A stretch of DNA of 64,000 bases, taken from the NCBI RefSeq assembly GCF_036321535.1, contig NC_087436.1, positions 117,120,001-117,184,000 of the forward strand, read 5' to 3'. This document shows positions 27,170-40,185 of the stretch, piece after piece. Position 1 is the first letter of the stretch; each line of letters begins with the position of its first letter. A program made the translations under genes and the position numbers. Source of the stretch: Camelus dromedarius. Its lineage: Eukaryota. Below the pieces are notes generated by a model that saw only the letters and a list, made by a program, of their open reading frames with translations, had not been told where the DNA came from and did not search any database.

Positions 27170-27614
27170 ATTTAATTTTTTTATTGAAGTATGTATAGTT
27201 GATTTACAATGTTGTGTTAGTTTCCGGTGTACAGCATAGTGGTTCAGTTATACACATATAAATACTCCTTTTTGTATTCTTTTTCATCAAAGGCCATTAC
27301 AGGCTATTATAAGGTTATTACAAGGTATTGAATATAGTTTCCTGTGCTAAACAGTAGGACCTTGTGGTTTATCTATTTTACATACAGTGGTGTGTGTCTG
27401 CAAATCCCGAACTCCCAATTCATCCCTTCCCACTCCTTCCCCCCTCCCCCCAGTAACCATAAGTTCTCTATGTCTGTGAGTCTGTTTCTGTTTTGTAAAT
27501 AAGTTCATTTGTCTCATTTTTTTTAGATTCTACATGTAAGTGATATCCTATGATATTTTTCTTTCTCTTTCTGGCTAACTTCACTTAGTGTGATGATCTC
27601 CAGGTCCATCCCCC
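27170..27614 (-). mobile_element. 5'-truncated L1 3' end (L1 part of a U6/L1 chimera)
   Basis: T-rich tail, TTTATTGAAGTA...GTTGATTTACAATGTTGTGTTAGTTTC...ACTTCACTTAGTGTGATGATCTCCAGGTCCATC. Confidence 0.85.
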
Positions 27615-27720
27615 AAAATACAGAACACTTCACGAAGCGGCGTGTCATCCTTGTGCAGGGGCCGTGATTATCTTCTCTGTGTGGTTCCAGTTTCAGTACA
27701 CGTGCTGCTGAAGTCAGCAC
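27615..27720 (-). pseudogene. RNU6: Full-length U6 snRNA retropseudogene fused to L1
   Basis: Reverse complement GTGCTGACTTCAGCAGCACGTGTACTGAAACTGGAACCACACAGAGAAGATAATCACGGCCCCTGCACAAGGATGACACGCCGCTTCGTGAAGTGTTCTGTATTTT aligns end to end with U6, including the ACAGAGA box, with many substitutions. Confidence 0.93.
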
Positions 27721-27807
27721 TGTTTAGGGTTTATTTTAAGTTAAAAATCACACAGACGTGGCTTAAGTACACGTATTGTTTAATAGTATCACTCTGTAAG
27801 TACACCT

Positions 27808-28582
27808 TTTTTCTTTTCTAACATTTTTTATTGAGTTATAGTCATTTTACAATGTTGTGTCAAATTCCAGTGTAGAGCGCAATTTTTCAGTTATACATGA
27901 ACATACATACATTCACTGTCACATTTTTTTCTCTGTGAGCCACCACAAGATCTTGTGTATATTTCCCTGTGCTACACAGTACAATCTTGTTTATCTGTTC
28001 TACATTTTGAAATCCCAGTCTGTCCCTTCCCACCCCCCGCACCCTTGGCAACCACAAGTTTGCATTCTATGTCTATGAGTCTGTTTCTGTTTTGTATTTA
28101 TGTTTTTTTGTTTTGTTTGTTTGTTTTTGATTTTTTTAGATTCCACATATGAGCGATCTCATATGGTATTTTTCTTTCTCTTTCCGGCTTACTTCACTTA
28201 GAATGACATTCTCCTGGAACATCCAGTTGCTGCAAATAGCATTATGTTGTTGGTTTTTATGGCTGAATAGTATTCCATTGTATAAATTTACCACATCTTC
28301 TTTATCCAGTCATCTGTTGATGGACATTTAGGCTGTTTCCATGTCTTGGCTATTGTGAACAGTGCTGCTGTGAACATTGGTGTGCAGGTGTCATTTTGAA
28401 GTAGGGTTCCTTCTGGATATATGCCCAGGAGCGGGATTCCTGGGTCATATGGTAAGTCTATTCCTAGCCTTTTGAGGAATCTCTATACTGTTTTCCACAG
28501 TGGCTGCACCAAACTGCATTCCCACCAGCAGTGTAGGAGGGTTCCCTTTTCTCCGCATCCTCTCCAGCATTTGTCATTTGCA
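27808..28582 (-). mobile_element. Relatively young 5'-truncated L1
   Basis: Exact TSD TAAGTACACCT at 27797-27807 and 28583-28593. The ORF2 C-terminal remnant ([29 protein letters not shown]) is visible in the ORF track. Confidence 0.9.
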
Positions 28583-29391
28583 TAAGTACACCTATTTTTA
28601 ATGTTGACTAGTGTGTATTCTTTTATATACCTTCCTCCTCTTCTCAAGTAAGAATTACAAGCATTTTCCAATGACATTAAATATTCTTCTCCAGTGTACA
28701 TTTTCAAGTACTACATGAGTTTCTGTCATGTGAACGTACCAGGATTTTAAACTTTATTTTGTCCGATTGTGAAGACCATTTTTCTAACAATAAAAATGCT
28801 GGCAGTGACAATCAGGCTTAAATCTTTGCACATTTTTATTCCTGCTTTGGATTAACTATTTATAAATGGAATAGTTGAGCCAAAGGAACCTAAGGATTTT
28901 ATGGCTCGAGAAATGTATTTCGGAATTCCAGAACAGCTGTGTGTTTTTCTCCTTTGTTGTGCCGGAGATCCGAGTCACAATTTTGGTGACTGCTCCCAAC
29001 TTGACTGGGGACACTGGCACTTTGTTTTGAATTTGCACTGCTTTTGTTTTCACATCTTGGGGACAGAGAATCTGGTGTTTCCAAAACATGCCCCACCGTA
29101 AGAGTGACCTGCTGAGAGAGAATGTTCCAGGGAGCGGCCTGTACTTAATAAGCAATGTGGCAAGTGCGGGAAATGCAGAAGCTGTCCAACACGACCATCT
29201 GGCAAATGGAGAAACTGAGGCCAGAGAGGCGCCCAGGTCTCTGGGGGTGGGGGAGCTCCCCATCCTGGTGTCCTCTCAGGGCCACCTCCCCTGAGTTACT
29301 CATCTGTGACAGCAATTATCTAATGGCTTCTTCCTTGTTCTTTCTTTTTTTAGGAACAAAAATAGGCCAGTCCAAAATCTGAAAACTGACC

Positions 29392-29454
29392 ATGAAGCTC
29401 CGGGAAGAGGACCCAGCAGATAACAAAGAAAGCGATTTGGCAAAAAAGAAATTG
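29392..29454 (+). CDS. SLC2A9: SLC2A9 short isoform (GLUT9b) first coding exon, MKLREEDPADNKESDLAKKKL; exon starts 29354
   Basis: Matches human GLUT9b N-terminus MKLSKKDRGEDEESDSAKKKL as recalled. Polypyrimidine tract + AG at 29352-29353, Kozak ACCATGA, 21 codons, phase-0 donor GTCTGT at 29455. Confidence 0.88.
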
Positions 29455-30669
29455 GTCTGTCCTGGTTTCCTAACCTCTCTCTTGTGTGAGTGTTCAGGTG
29501 GTCACAGGCCAGCCCCTCTGACCCCCTCCCTCCTGCCAGGGGAAGTGGTGCAGGTGAGCTCAGGCACAGAAGGGTGAACAGAGGCTGGAGGCAAAGCTAC
29601 ATGGGAAGGACCTGTGTGAAAGGCACGGTGTATACGGCGAGGCTCCGGCTGCTGATGGCCTTGTACTTTGGTGGGTGAGGATACTGTCTGCTGTGACCAT
29701 CTGGACTTGGGGGGTCTCCATTCCAGAGATCGTTTCTCAACAAGGGGGCATTGATGTTGAAGGTGATAATGTCATAGTCCTTAAGGAAACATTGAAACCC
29801 ATCCCCCATCACACCACAATGCCCAGTCCACCTGCCTCCTCCTCCAGGAAGTCCTCCACACTTAGAAAGTCTCCTTCCTCAGGACTCCTTGGCCTCTCTC
29901 TTTAAATCAGGTTCAAAACCAACAGCCAGAGAGCACCTGTTCTGTACCAGACCTTACACAGGTCTCCCCTTCAGTTCTGGCCACACAGTAGTGAGGGCAC
30001 TGCTATCCCCATTTTGTAGGCAAGGAACTGAGGCTCAGAGAAGGCCAAAGCCATGTGTCCAAGGCTACATAGCTCGTTTGCAGTGCAGGCAGTCTTGAAT
30101 GTTGGCCCATCTGTGCCTCGCCTCCTGTGATGAGTGGGGAGGCCACCAGGCGAAGAAGAATATATGCCCATGTTTGTAATTAACCTGTATTTAGCAGGTC
30201 AAAGGTCAACACGAGTGTATTTACCAGACTCTGGCAAGTGTGAAGTGATATGTGGGGCATCACCACCTCATCTCCCAGGTGCGACCTGGAGGTCCAGGGA
30301 GGCCAAGCCACCTGCCTCAGGTCCTCCGGGACACGGCAGAACCAGGCTAAACAGAGAGCGACCCCCTCCAAGTGGACACAGTACCTTTTCCTGGGCGCCC
30401 CATTAGGTTGAGTCAAGGCTCCCGTCTACGCCTTTGGTATGAAGGAGGAGGTGGTGTGGTCATCACAAACCTTCTGCTCAAATGATATTCAGTGGAAAAT
30501 TCTTTATTTTCCCCCTACCTCTTCCTGATAGGAAATTTTCACCTTGTCCAAGCCAGCGTTACAGTGTCAGGACATCATCCAAGGGAGAGTCTGAGTTCAG
30601 TTCCCGAAGCACCTACCGGGCCCCTTCCCTGACCAGCTGGGAATTCAAAAAGGTTTATAGGACACCGAG

Positions 30670-31047
30670 ATTTTTTAGGGCTTCCATGACAAAGCCCCAC
30701 AGTCTGGGGGGCTTAAACAACGGAGCTGTATCTCTTCACAGTCTGGAGACTAGAAGTCCAAGATCAAGGTGTCAGCAGAGTTGGCCCCTTCTGAGGCCTC
30801 TCTCCTAGGCCTGCAGATGGCTGTCTTCTCCGTGTCCTCACGTGGTCGTCCCTCTGTGTGTGTCTGTGTCCTGATCTCTTCTTCCTATAAGGACATTAGT
30901 CAGGTCAGATCAGGGCCCTCTCACACGACCTCATTTTACCTTGGTGACCTCTTTAAAAGCCCTGTCTCCAAATACAGTCACCTTCTGTGATACTAAGGTT
31001 GGGACTTCAACGTATGAATGTTGGGGGACACAGTTTACCCCCTAACA
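30670..31047 (-). mobile_element. MLT1 (MaLR) LTR
   Basis: GGGGCTTAAACAAC...AAGTCCAAGATCAAGGTGTCAGCAG...CCTGTCTCCAAATACAGTCAC...CCTAACA. Confidence 0.8.
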
Positions 31048-34000
31048 TGCACACGCAAGTCCCTGCCCTCAGTGAGCTCCTGTCCAGAGGGGAAGGCATA
31101 CATGGGGAAAGACCCCTGGGAGAAAGGGGGTCACAGCCAGCACAGGTCTGAGCAGCACGTGCAACACAGGGGCGGCAGAGAGAGGCCTAGGGAGGCTTCT
31201 CGGGGGAGGTGGCGAGGGCACTGAGCACTGAAGGACGAGCGAAGTTACGGGTGGTCAGAGGAAGAGCCCGGGCCGGGCCAGGAGAGCCGGCGAGAGGAGA
31301 CGCTTACCAAACACTGGCGGACGTGTCTGCGTGGAGGGGTGACTGTCAGAACAGGCCCCAGCACACCCGGGAATGTGTGTTTTATGACCACATCCTTGAT
31401 AGAACTAACTTTTAGAATCTGCCTGAGAGCCTGGGCCACAACCCGTGCGGGTAGGGAGCTGGCACTGGATTTGGAGGTGAATCCAGGCTCCCCCTGAACT
31501 TCTGTTCTTCCCCCCAAACGGCAGCCTAGAGGCTCCTCCTGAGACTGCTGAGAGGGTTGGTGACATCGCGGGTGTGCACACAGCTGGACGAGGGCCTAGC
31601 AGTGCAGACATGTGCTGGGAGAGGGCGACTGGGGAACCACGCCGAGTCATGGTCCATCATGGAAGGACGGAACTCGCGTCTGGGAACGGGCCTTAGCGGC
31701 TGTCCACTGACACCGAGCTGCCCCAGACCTCTCCTTTTCTGCTGTGGACACCGATCCCCCCGGAGGGAGGAGGCAATTCTTTCTACCCAGAGCACTCACC
31801 GTGCCTTTGGTTTAAAAAAAGATGAGGGCGCCTGGGTTAAGAAATAGCTCATTGTCTGGGGACAAGGTGACTTGAAGAGTAATGATGAGTATTCACCGTG
31901 CACTTGCTGGACGCCGGGTGCTGGCTTGGGTTCCACAGTTCCCATGTTTTCCGTGTATGAACTCAAGTCTTCCCAAGTCTGTGAGGTGCTGGCACCATCA
32001 TCACCCCATTCTACAGATAAGGCCGAGTAACTTGCCCCAGAGCTCACAGGCTGTAAAAGTGGCTGGGCCGAGACCCAAACCCAGGCTGTCCAGCCCCAGT
32101 GTCTGGGTTTTAACCCACTGAGCTGTGGCAAAGTGGTGGGACAGCTCCCATCACCCTCACCAAGGCTTGTCACCCTGGGAAGCCCTGGGGATGCGAGTGG
32201 GAACCTGAGATCCCCCATCTCCCTGAAGGAAGAATGCACAGTTAACCCAACGGCCAGGAGCTTCAGCGGGGACACCTGGGCTCTAGTCTCAGGGGTGTGA
32301 CTTTAGGCCAAGGTGCTGCTCACCTCTGGGCTGGTTGCTGGCAGGCTCTGGGGAGGATCAGCAGGCAGCCAGCTCCACCAGGAGGAGGAGCTCTGCAGGC
32401 CAAGCCGCGCCCTCAGGCTGCAGGACAAAAGGGACACCATGCAAGTTTCTCCTGCTCTGCTGGCTTGTGTCCAGTCCCAGGTTCTGGGAGAGCCCCTGGC
32501 GCAGGGCAGGGCCAAGGAAGCTGCTGGCAGTTTGTCCCCACCCCCCACCCCTGGCCTCCAGTCCACACACCACTTCCCACAACCACTCCCTGTCCCTGGC
32601 CCGGGCTTCTGCCCTCAGGGCTCAAAATCAGCAGGACTTTGGGCAGGAAAGTGGAGACGGGAGGAATGGTCAGGGACAGCTGGGAGAGGGCCTCCAGTCC
32701 ACACTTTGTGTCCACTGCGTGGCCCATGGACGTGCTGGGCTGGCTGGCAGGACCTTTAGTGCCTTCTGACTTTGGCAACTCTTGCAACACCGGGACACCA
32801 GGGACCCTCCCGGCTGTAGCTGCACATTTGTGTGAACTGCCTGGGTCCTGGCATCTTTGAGTTTTCAACCCCAATGGAGAACATGGAACAATTTTAAATG
32901 AAACGGATGGGTCACCTGATCCAATGTGAGTTTTAGTAAGATCAGGTAGACACCCTCCCCCCCATTACAGATGAGGAGACCAGGGAGGATACATAAAAGG
33001 GCCTGAGTCAGGGAGGGGGTGGAGGAGGAAATAAGATGCTTAGTACGAAGCCCCAGCAGGACGGCACAGGGTGCAGCCATCCTTCCCCTCCATCGCCCCT
33101 CCTAAACTAGACCCCAACCCGCTCAGTTATTTTGCTTCCCCACGTGCCCTGGGGCGTCCATGCCTGCAGCCCTGGCTCAGTGCCCTCTCATCCCACGCCC
33201 TTCCTTGCCTGCGTGTTCCCATGGCTTACTCATCCCCTAAGAGACGGCTCAGGAATCACCTCTTCCAGAAAGTCTTCTGGGATCCGCTCCCGGCTGGCCC
33301 AGTGCCTCCTATGCGTGTCACATTTTAATCGAGAGCTCCCATGTTAGAGCTCCGCTCTGGACCAGGCTCTGTGAGGGGAGCTGGCCAACCGGCTGAAAAT
33401 TGTTTCCAGGAGCAGCCAATTCTCCAAGCGGCATCCCGACATCCCTGCGTGATGAATACGCAGCGTGAGTGTTGCCCTGAATGGTTCATGTGCTTGGTAA
33501 ATAACCAGCCTAATTATTCAGGGTTGGCTTTTCCTTTGGGAAGTTTTGGTTCCCCGTGGAGCAGCGGCTTTCCAACATCACGGGGCTGGATGTTTGCAAA
33601 GGCATGTGACCATCCATGCTCCCAGAAGTTCTACAGCGATCCACAGTTTTATTTCAACATGCGTTTTCCATTAAACCCAGGTGGCTGACTTCTCATCTCT
33701 GTTTTGTGGTCTTGAGGCCACTGTGGCCTTCCAGGGGTTCTGCAATCCCCAAGCACGCCTTTGCTTCCCTGGCCTCTGCACCTGCTCTCTGCCTCCAGGG
33801 GCAAGCGGCCAAGGCAACCTGTCCTAGACATGATTCAAGGCACTTCTCTGACATCTGGGCAATCCAGCCATGCAGTGAGTTAATTCTCACGACATCCTGG
33901 TGTGCAGGAGGGGGTCTTGGCTCCTTAATGCTTCCCCTGAGCCAGCCTCCGGGGCAGGCACGTCAGAAGTGTTCCCTCAGCCGGCCGAATGAGCAGGGCA

Positions 34001-34638
34001 GAGTAATGATCAGCGACAGGTGCTTTTTCTTCCAAACCCTGCACCCTCCCACTTGTTCCAGAGCTGCAGGGCAGCCCGTGTCCACCTCCAGCAGGCTGTT
34101 TGGGACTGTGTGTTTTCTATCTGAGCCTCAGAATTGCTCTGCTGCACGATCAGAGCAGGATCAATCTTCCATTTTGTGCTTGTAACCATGGTAGCTCAGA
34201 GAAGCAAAGCTACTTGCCTAAGGACACACAGTGAGAAAGTGCTGGAGTCTGGGCTGGAACCCCCAGGCTTCTCCTGCAGCCGGTCACTTTTCCATCTGTC
34301 CCAGTCCTTAGGGAGACTTGTCCTGGGTTCATGCCAGTGGCTCCCCTCCCAGCACACTGGCCTTAAGAGGGAAAAGGAAGACTTCATACTCAGGGTGGTG
34401 ATTCCTGAGAAGACGAGTCTCCCTCTTAGGCTCTCTAGTTGCTGGGATGACTTGGGAACAGGGTAAAAATTCACTGCCCACTTCCCGTTCAGGCAAGATT
34501 AAATTGCCACGTTTCCTGTTCGGGAGCTCAGACTCTGCCTCCTCATTCAGGGAGATGCTCCGGCAGAGCCCGGCAGAGGTGCCGCGGGCTGAGCCGACTG
34601 CAGGGAGGGCCAGCAAGCTGATCGTTGGGAAACAGGAC

Positions 34639-34752
34639 ATGGGCTCCTGGGAACTGAGCTTAGCTCCTCTTATGCATGGTCTGAGCCTCCCAGGGCCTCC
34701 TGAGTGTGCCCACCCGAGCAGCAGCCGGACACCGGGCAGGAGGAGAAGAAAG
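34639..34752 (+). CDS. SLC2A9: SLC2A9 long isoform (GLUT9a) first coding exon, MGSWELSLAPLMHGLSLPGPPECAHPSSSRTPGRRRRK
   Basis: Similar to human (..SKELGLVPL..GPPG..ECDH..PGGRRRK) and mouse (MDSRELALASLM..) N-termini as recalled. Strong Kozak GACATGG, phase-0 donor AAG|GTAAAC at 34753. Confidence 0.82.
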
Positions 34753-37259
34753 GTAAACACAGAAATCGGCCTCTGTACTTGCCACGAGGGCTGTCTCTGC
34801 CCCCTCTGAAAGCCCTAGGGCCTGAGTCCTGGCGTCCTGGTCCATTGACCTTGGCTGTAGGGCTCCAACTCTTGAGCTGCAGATTCCTGGGGCCGACAGC
34901 ATCTTCTGGCAGCGGCTGTGCTCGTGTGATGCGGCCACGGCAGAGAGCCGCCCGCTCGTGCTGGGTGCTGTCCTCCCCTCCCTCCTGCCCCCACCAGCGG
35001 GCACCCTCTGCCCTTGGGGCGGGTATGAGAGGTGGTGGGCCCAGGTGGGCCATGCAGGGGTGGGGGCTCCAAGGGAGACGGCTTCCACCCACTCTGCTCT
35101 CTGATGGGTGCAGACAAGGGAATAATGACCAAGGCTGGGAGTGAGGGAAACCCAGGGGACCAGCACAGCCCAGGGGGTCAGAAGGAGTGAGATCTGAACT
35201 GAGGCCCAGAGGATGAGTTTAAATACAAAAGGCGATGGAGAACGGGCATTTTGTCCAAAATGATTCTGTTCTGTCAAGGAATCCCACTCAGTTCAAGCTC
35301 CTCTTACTGCAGAAAAGTATCCTGGCCCCACACCTGCCAGTGTCCATCTCCGTGGCCCGTCAACCCTCCCTCTGGCCTATCATCCGATCACCAGCATTTT
35401 CCGAGCGCCTCCTCTATGACCGGCACAGCGCCTGGAAGCAAGGCTCCCGCCCTCAAAAAGTAAGACCTGCACCCTCTGCCCCGCCCCTGCTGCTGTCCCT
35501 CACCGGCCCCGGCCCCCAGACGGGTGAGGGGCTCCCCTGCTCTAACTCCTTTCTTCTGCAGAATATCCCATGAGGCGGGTCCCTTATCACCCCCATTTCA
35601 CAGATGAGGACATTGAGTCACAGAGCAACTATGTAACTGGTCTAAGTTTGCACAGACACGAGTGGCCGAGCTGGGAGTCAGACAGTATTGAATCAAAGAG
35701 AGAAACGTGGAAATGAGGAGGTGAAGCTTCCAGGGAGGCTTTCCATCGGTCTGACATATGAAAGTCTCCAGAAGGGAAGAGTTCAGGGGGATGCAGCCAC
35801 ACTGGCCAGGGCAAGAGAGACCTTAGCATGTAACTCAGGTGCTGGCCATTCTGCGTGGCTGGGCCAGAGGGAGTGGAGAGAGAAAACAGAATAAGTAAAC
35901 ACCCTTTCTGAACACTGGCTACATGCATGTGCCCCCCTCCATGGCCTTGGCCAGCAGCACATCCACCACCGCCTATGCAGCTGGTGCTACAGTTTAGGTC
36001 CCATTTTATAGCTGGGCAAACTGAGGCCCAGAAAGGTCAAGACCCTGGACAGGCCCCCCAGCCGAGCGGTGGAGCCTTCTGGTGCTGGAGCCTGAGCTAG
36101 AGGCAGCGCTGGGGCAGGGAGAGCAGGGACCTGGCTTCCAAACAGTGTTTGATCTATTCAGTTCCCTAAACTGTGGACCTCATCTGTCATGTCTATTGCT
36201 GTGTCCCTGGAGCTGTGTCAGGGCCTGGCACTTAGAACACACAAGCACACACACACACACACACACAATAAATGATGGCAGAGAAAGTAACTTCCAAGAG
36301 CACCTGGGCCCCTCCATCTGGTGAATTTCCTCACTTTCCTGGCCAGCCTGGGATGGCAGCCCCTCCAGCCTCCAGCTCCTGCCTTCTGACGAGCCTTTGC
36401 CAAGGGGCCCAGATGTTTCTGCTCTGGTCCTAGTGCAGCTGCAGCCGTGCGTGGATGGGGCCATAGGGCAGGATCGCATGGAGGCAGATGCCTGGTTCTC
36501 CAGGCCAAGCCCTACATCTCTCTGTCTGCAGGTCCTTGTTCCAAGGTGCTCCCACTGGCCAGTAGATGGCCAGCCCAGCCTGCAGCGGGGCCTGCATGAG
36601 CTTGTGTGCATCTCTGCAGCTTCAGGCCCCAGACACTGCTCCAAGGCGAAGAAGCAGTGTGGTGCAGTGATGACTGCACGAGGGCTGGAACCAGGCCATC
36701 TGGGCTCCAGTCTCCATCCCAGACAGCACCAGGGACAGCTCCTCACCTCTGTTTCCTCACCTGTAAAAGCAAGCTAAAAAGTACTGATCTGAGGATTCCA
36801 GGAGAGAAAATCCAGAAGGCGCTTAGAACAGATGACGAGACTATAGCTCTTAATAAGAAGCAGCTGCGGCTGCTGGCAACTTAGTCTGGCTTTGCTCTTT
36901 TGCTCCTCTGTGGGTCAGAGGCAGGCCAGATTCAGCTAAAATAGCAGCGTGTAGCTGCTGTCAGAGCACCTGCAAGGATGGTAGGTCGGCGTTTCCCAGA
37001 TCTAAATGCAGCAGGGCAAGGAGGGCAGTGGTGTGGCTGCCAACAGAGGCGACCTGAGCTCCGTGGGTTGACCACACCCACCGGGACCAGACCTGGATGG
37101 GAAACCCTCCGGCCAGCTGGCTCCAAAAAGACTTGCATCCTTGCCCTGGGAATCCTCTGAGTTGGACTCCCTAGCTAAGGGGACAGCCCAGGTGCCTCCC
37201 GCGGGTCCCTGGCTCTGCGCCCAAGTGTCAGGTCTGACTTGCTTTGCTCTCCTTTCCAG

Positions 37260-37358
37260 GATTGGTCCTGCTCGCTCATCGTGGCCTCTCTCGTGGGCGC
37301 CTTCGGCTCCTCCTTCCTCTGTGAGTACAACCTCTCCGTGGTCAACGCCCCAACTCCG
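37260..37358 (+). CDS. SLC2A9: SLC2A9 shared exon, 99 nt (TM1): [33 protein letters not shown]
   Basis: Near-identical to human [33 protein letters not shown]. Acceptor CTTTCCAG, donor CCG|GTGAGT, phase 0/0. Confidence 0.95.
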
Positions 37359-38585
37359 GTGAGTGTCCTGCAGTGGCGGGATGCACCCGGCAGAGGGCGC
37401 TGCGGCAACGCGGAAAACCAGGTGTTACCACCTAGCCCAGGATGGTACCCCATTCTGCAAACTTCTGCAGGCCAGGTCTATGCCAGACCCCTGATGGACA
37501 CTTGGGTGAGGGGAGGGACAGAGAGCGTGAGAACAGCCCCGCCTTGGAGGGGTAGGTGAGAGATACAGAAACAGAGGATAGTGACAACGCTTGGGGTCAG
37601 TTTCTTGCTTCTAGAGTGTCCTGGGAGACTGTAGAGAGGGGTCTTCGGAGATTCCCAAGGAGTGGATGCTAAAGGTCTTATTCCAGGGCTAGGAGCATGC
37701 AATCTGAGTAACCACGAAGGGATCCAGACACAGAAACATTTTCCTGATCTTTCTTTTGTGTTTATGGCTTTAAATCACAGTTAGAGGCCACATGGATATC
37801 TGTTGGTTAAGATCCATCACTAATTTTTGTTTTCATCTGGAATGAGGTCATTAGGAGCAATTTCTCAGGCTCTCTTAACACCATTCTGCTAATTTGCAGA
37901 TGGAGGTTTGGTTCCCACCCACCTAGGCTATTAGGTTTAGGTGCTGCCCATTCCTGGGTGTGCTGGCTTCTGCTTCAACAGCCTCCACCTTGGGGTAAGG
38001 TGGATGGGTCAATGGGGGGTATGAGGGAAGACTTCCTGGAGGAGGTGATGCCTGAGTTGCACCCTGAGTTGCACCTCGAAGGTGGAGCAAAGGCACAGAA
38101 GCCTGAGATATGAAACATTTGTGGAAATGCAGGTATGATGTGGTCGGAGTGCAGGATGTGTTTTGCAGAGCACAAGGGCAGACACCAAAGACACAGAAAC
38201 CTCGCTGTGGACCTTCCTGGATGCTTTTAAGGCTTTTGCTTGTTGGGGGCCCAGCATCCTGTGTACAAAACACAGTGGAAGACTGGACCAGCAGCCCAAG
38301 GCTTTGCAGACGTGTCACAGGGATCCAGACTCCTTTTGTGCCAGGACAGATCTGGGTTTTTGTTTTTGTATTTTTTTTTTTTTTTTTTTACTGTTAACTC
38401 TTTTATATTTGGGGGCTCTGTGTAAGTTTGTTTGAAAAATTGATTCTGATGCTAAAAACAGTTTGAAAACCAGGGAGCCGGGATGGTTTCTCTGAATGCT
38501 TGCAGCAATCACTGGCTTTGATTTTGTCACTGTGGTGTCATCCTGAGATGGGATCGGATTTGTTCAGATTTGTCTTTAAAAGAGG

Positions 38586-39120
38586 TGTGAATGAAAAATA
38601 TTGCCGGCCACAGCAGTAAACAAAGGATGCTGGGGCCATCAAGTCATCAGCCACTACCACCAACCCTGACTGTGACTGGAGGGCACTCAGGATAGAGACA
38701 GGCAGGCAGCCTAGCCTCTGAGCCACCGCCAGTGGTGCCCCCGAGGGAACTCAGGGTGTGGAAGGACAGGACACTGGCCCTAGACAGCTAGGTGCACATC
38801 AGAGGAATGATTTCAATGAGCTCAGACCTTTGCACCTTCCCATATATAGAAAAGCACTAAATCCCCTAACTTAGGGTATCTGTTTTTATTATTATTATTA
38901 CTATTATTATATTATTATTATTATTTAACAATACTCTTTTTATGTTCTGACTACCTGGTCTTTGCGGCAAAACTCTTCTATGTCCCAGCTTCTCCCCTGC
39001 CTCTTTGAAGCAACCTCTTAGAGAGATCTGAGAGGCCTCCCAGGTTCAAGTCCTCAGAAAGTCTGCCAAACAAAACATAACTCTCAACTTTAAGGTTGTG
39101 CTTTTTTTCCCCAGCTGACA
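38586..39120. mobile_element. Solo ERV LTR with internal (ATT)n expansion
   Basis: TGTGAA...CTGACA termini, imperfect 4-bp TSD GAGG/GACG, LTR-like content. Confidence 0.65.
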
Positions 39121-40185
39121 GACGACTGAGAATTTGCCCTCCAGCTTCATGTTGAAAGTTCATGAGGCTCCAGCAGAGGGTGGAGAACCCTTGCACCCAT
39201 GGTTTACGTGGCAAAGAGACGTGTACAACTTGAAGCTGGAACAGAATGTGTGGGTGGAAAAGTGATAGTCCAAGCAATGACCATGGGGACACGAGGAAGG
39301 AGCAATTCTGTCATTCCCGCATTTATTCATTCAAAAAATGTTTTTAAGTAATAAACTTAATATTTTAGACTAGTTTTAGGCTCAGAGCAAACTTGAGCAG
39401 AACGCCCAGAGTTCCCAGTACCCTCTTGTCCCCACACAGGCCCAGCCTCCCCCACTGTCACCATCCTGCACTGGCAGGGGTACCTCTGTTTAATCCATGA
39501 GCCGAACTTGACACACACCAGCACCCAAAGCCCACTGCTCATTCCTTCCTCCCCGACCCTGGCAGCCGCCGGTCTCTTTGCTGTCTCTACACAGACACAC
39601 CTCGTTTGATCGTGCTTGGCTTTATCACAAATATTGCATATTTTGCAGATTGAAGGTTTGTGGCAGCTCCATCTGGAACAAGTCGATCAGCGTCATTTTT
39701 CCAACAGCATTTGCTTACTTCCTGTCTCTGTGTCACATTTGGGTGATTCTCACAGTATTTCCAGCTTTCCCATGATTCCATCTGCATGGTGCTCTGGGAT
39801 CAGTCATTTCTGATGTTACTGTTGTACTTGTTTGGGGCACCACCAACCGCGCCCAGAGAAGACAGCGAACTTAGCAGGTAAATGCTGTGTGTGTTCTGAC
39901 TGCTCCACCCACCTGCTGTTCCCCCGTCTCTCCCCTTGTCCTCCGGCTCCCTGCTCCCTGAGACAGCGCAACATTGAAATTAGGCCAGCGAGTAATCCTA
40001 CGATGGCCTCTAAGTGTGCAAGTGAAAGGAGTCACACGTCTCTCACTTTAAATCAAAAGCTAAAAATGATTAAGCTTAGTGAGGAAGGTGTGTTGAAAGA
40101 CAAGAGAGGCTAAAAGTGATTTTGCCAAATAGCCAAGTGAATGCAAAGGGAAAGCTCTTGAAGGCAATTAAAAGTGCTACTCCAG

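Noticed and set aside
27615..27720. Functional U6 snRNA gene
   Set aside because: Many substitutions, fused to L1, and no evident PSE/TATA promoter upstream.
29010..29240. Possible non-coding first exon and HNF4-like site (GGCACTTTG) upstream of the GLUT9b exon
   Set aside because: Only a vague resemblance to remembered 5' UTR sequence, and no confident boundaries.
34621..34641. Apparent start-codon loss in GLUT9a (ATC where human has the ATG of MARKQ)
   Set aside because: The ATG six codons later has a strong Kozak context and aligns with the mouse start (MDSREL vs MGSWEL) as I recall it, so this is not evidence of decay.
32297..35277. Cluster of overlapping 100-200 aa ORFs
   Set aside because: GC-rich chance ORFs with no recognisable domain, apart from the GLUT9a exon within 34447..34809.
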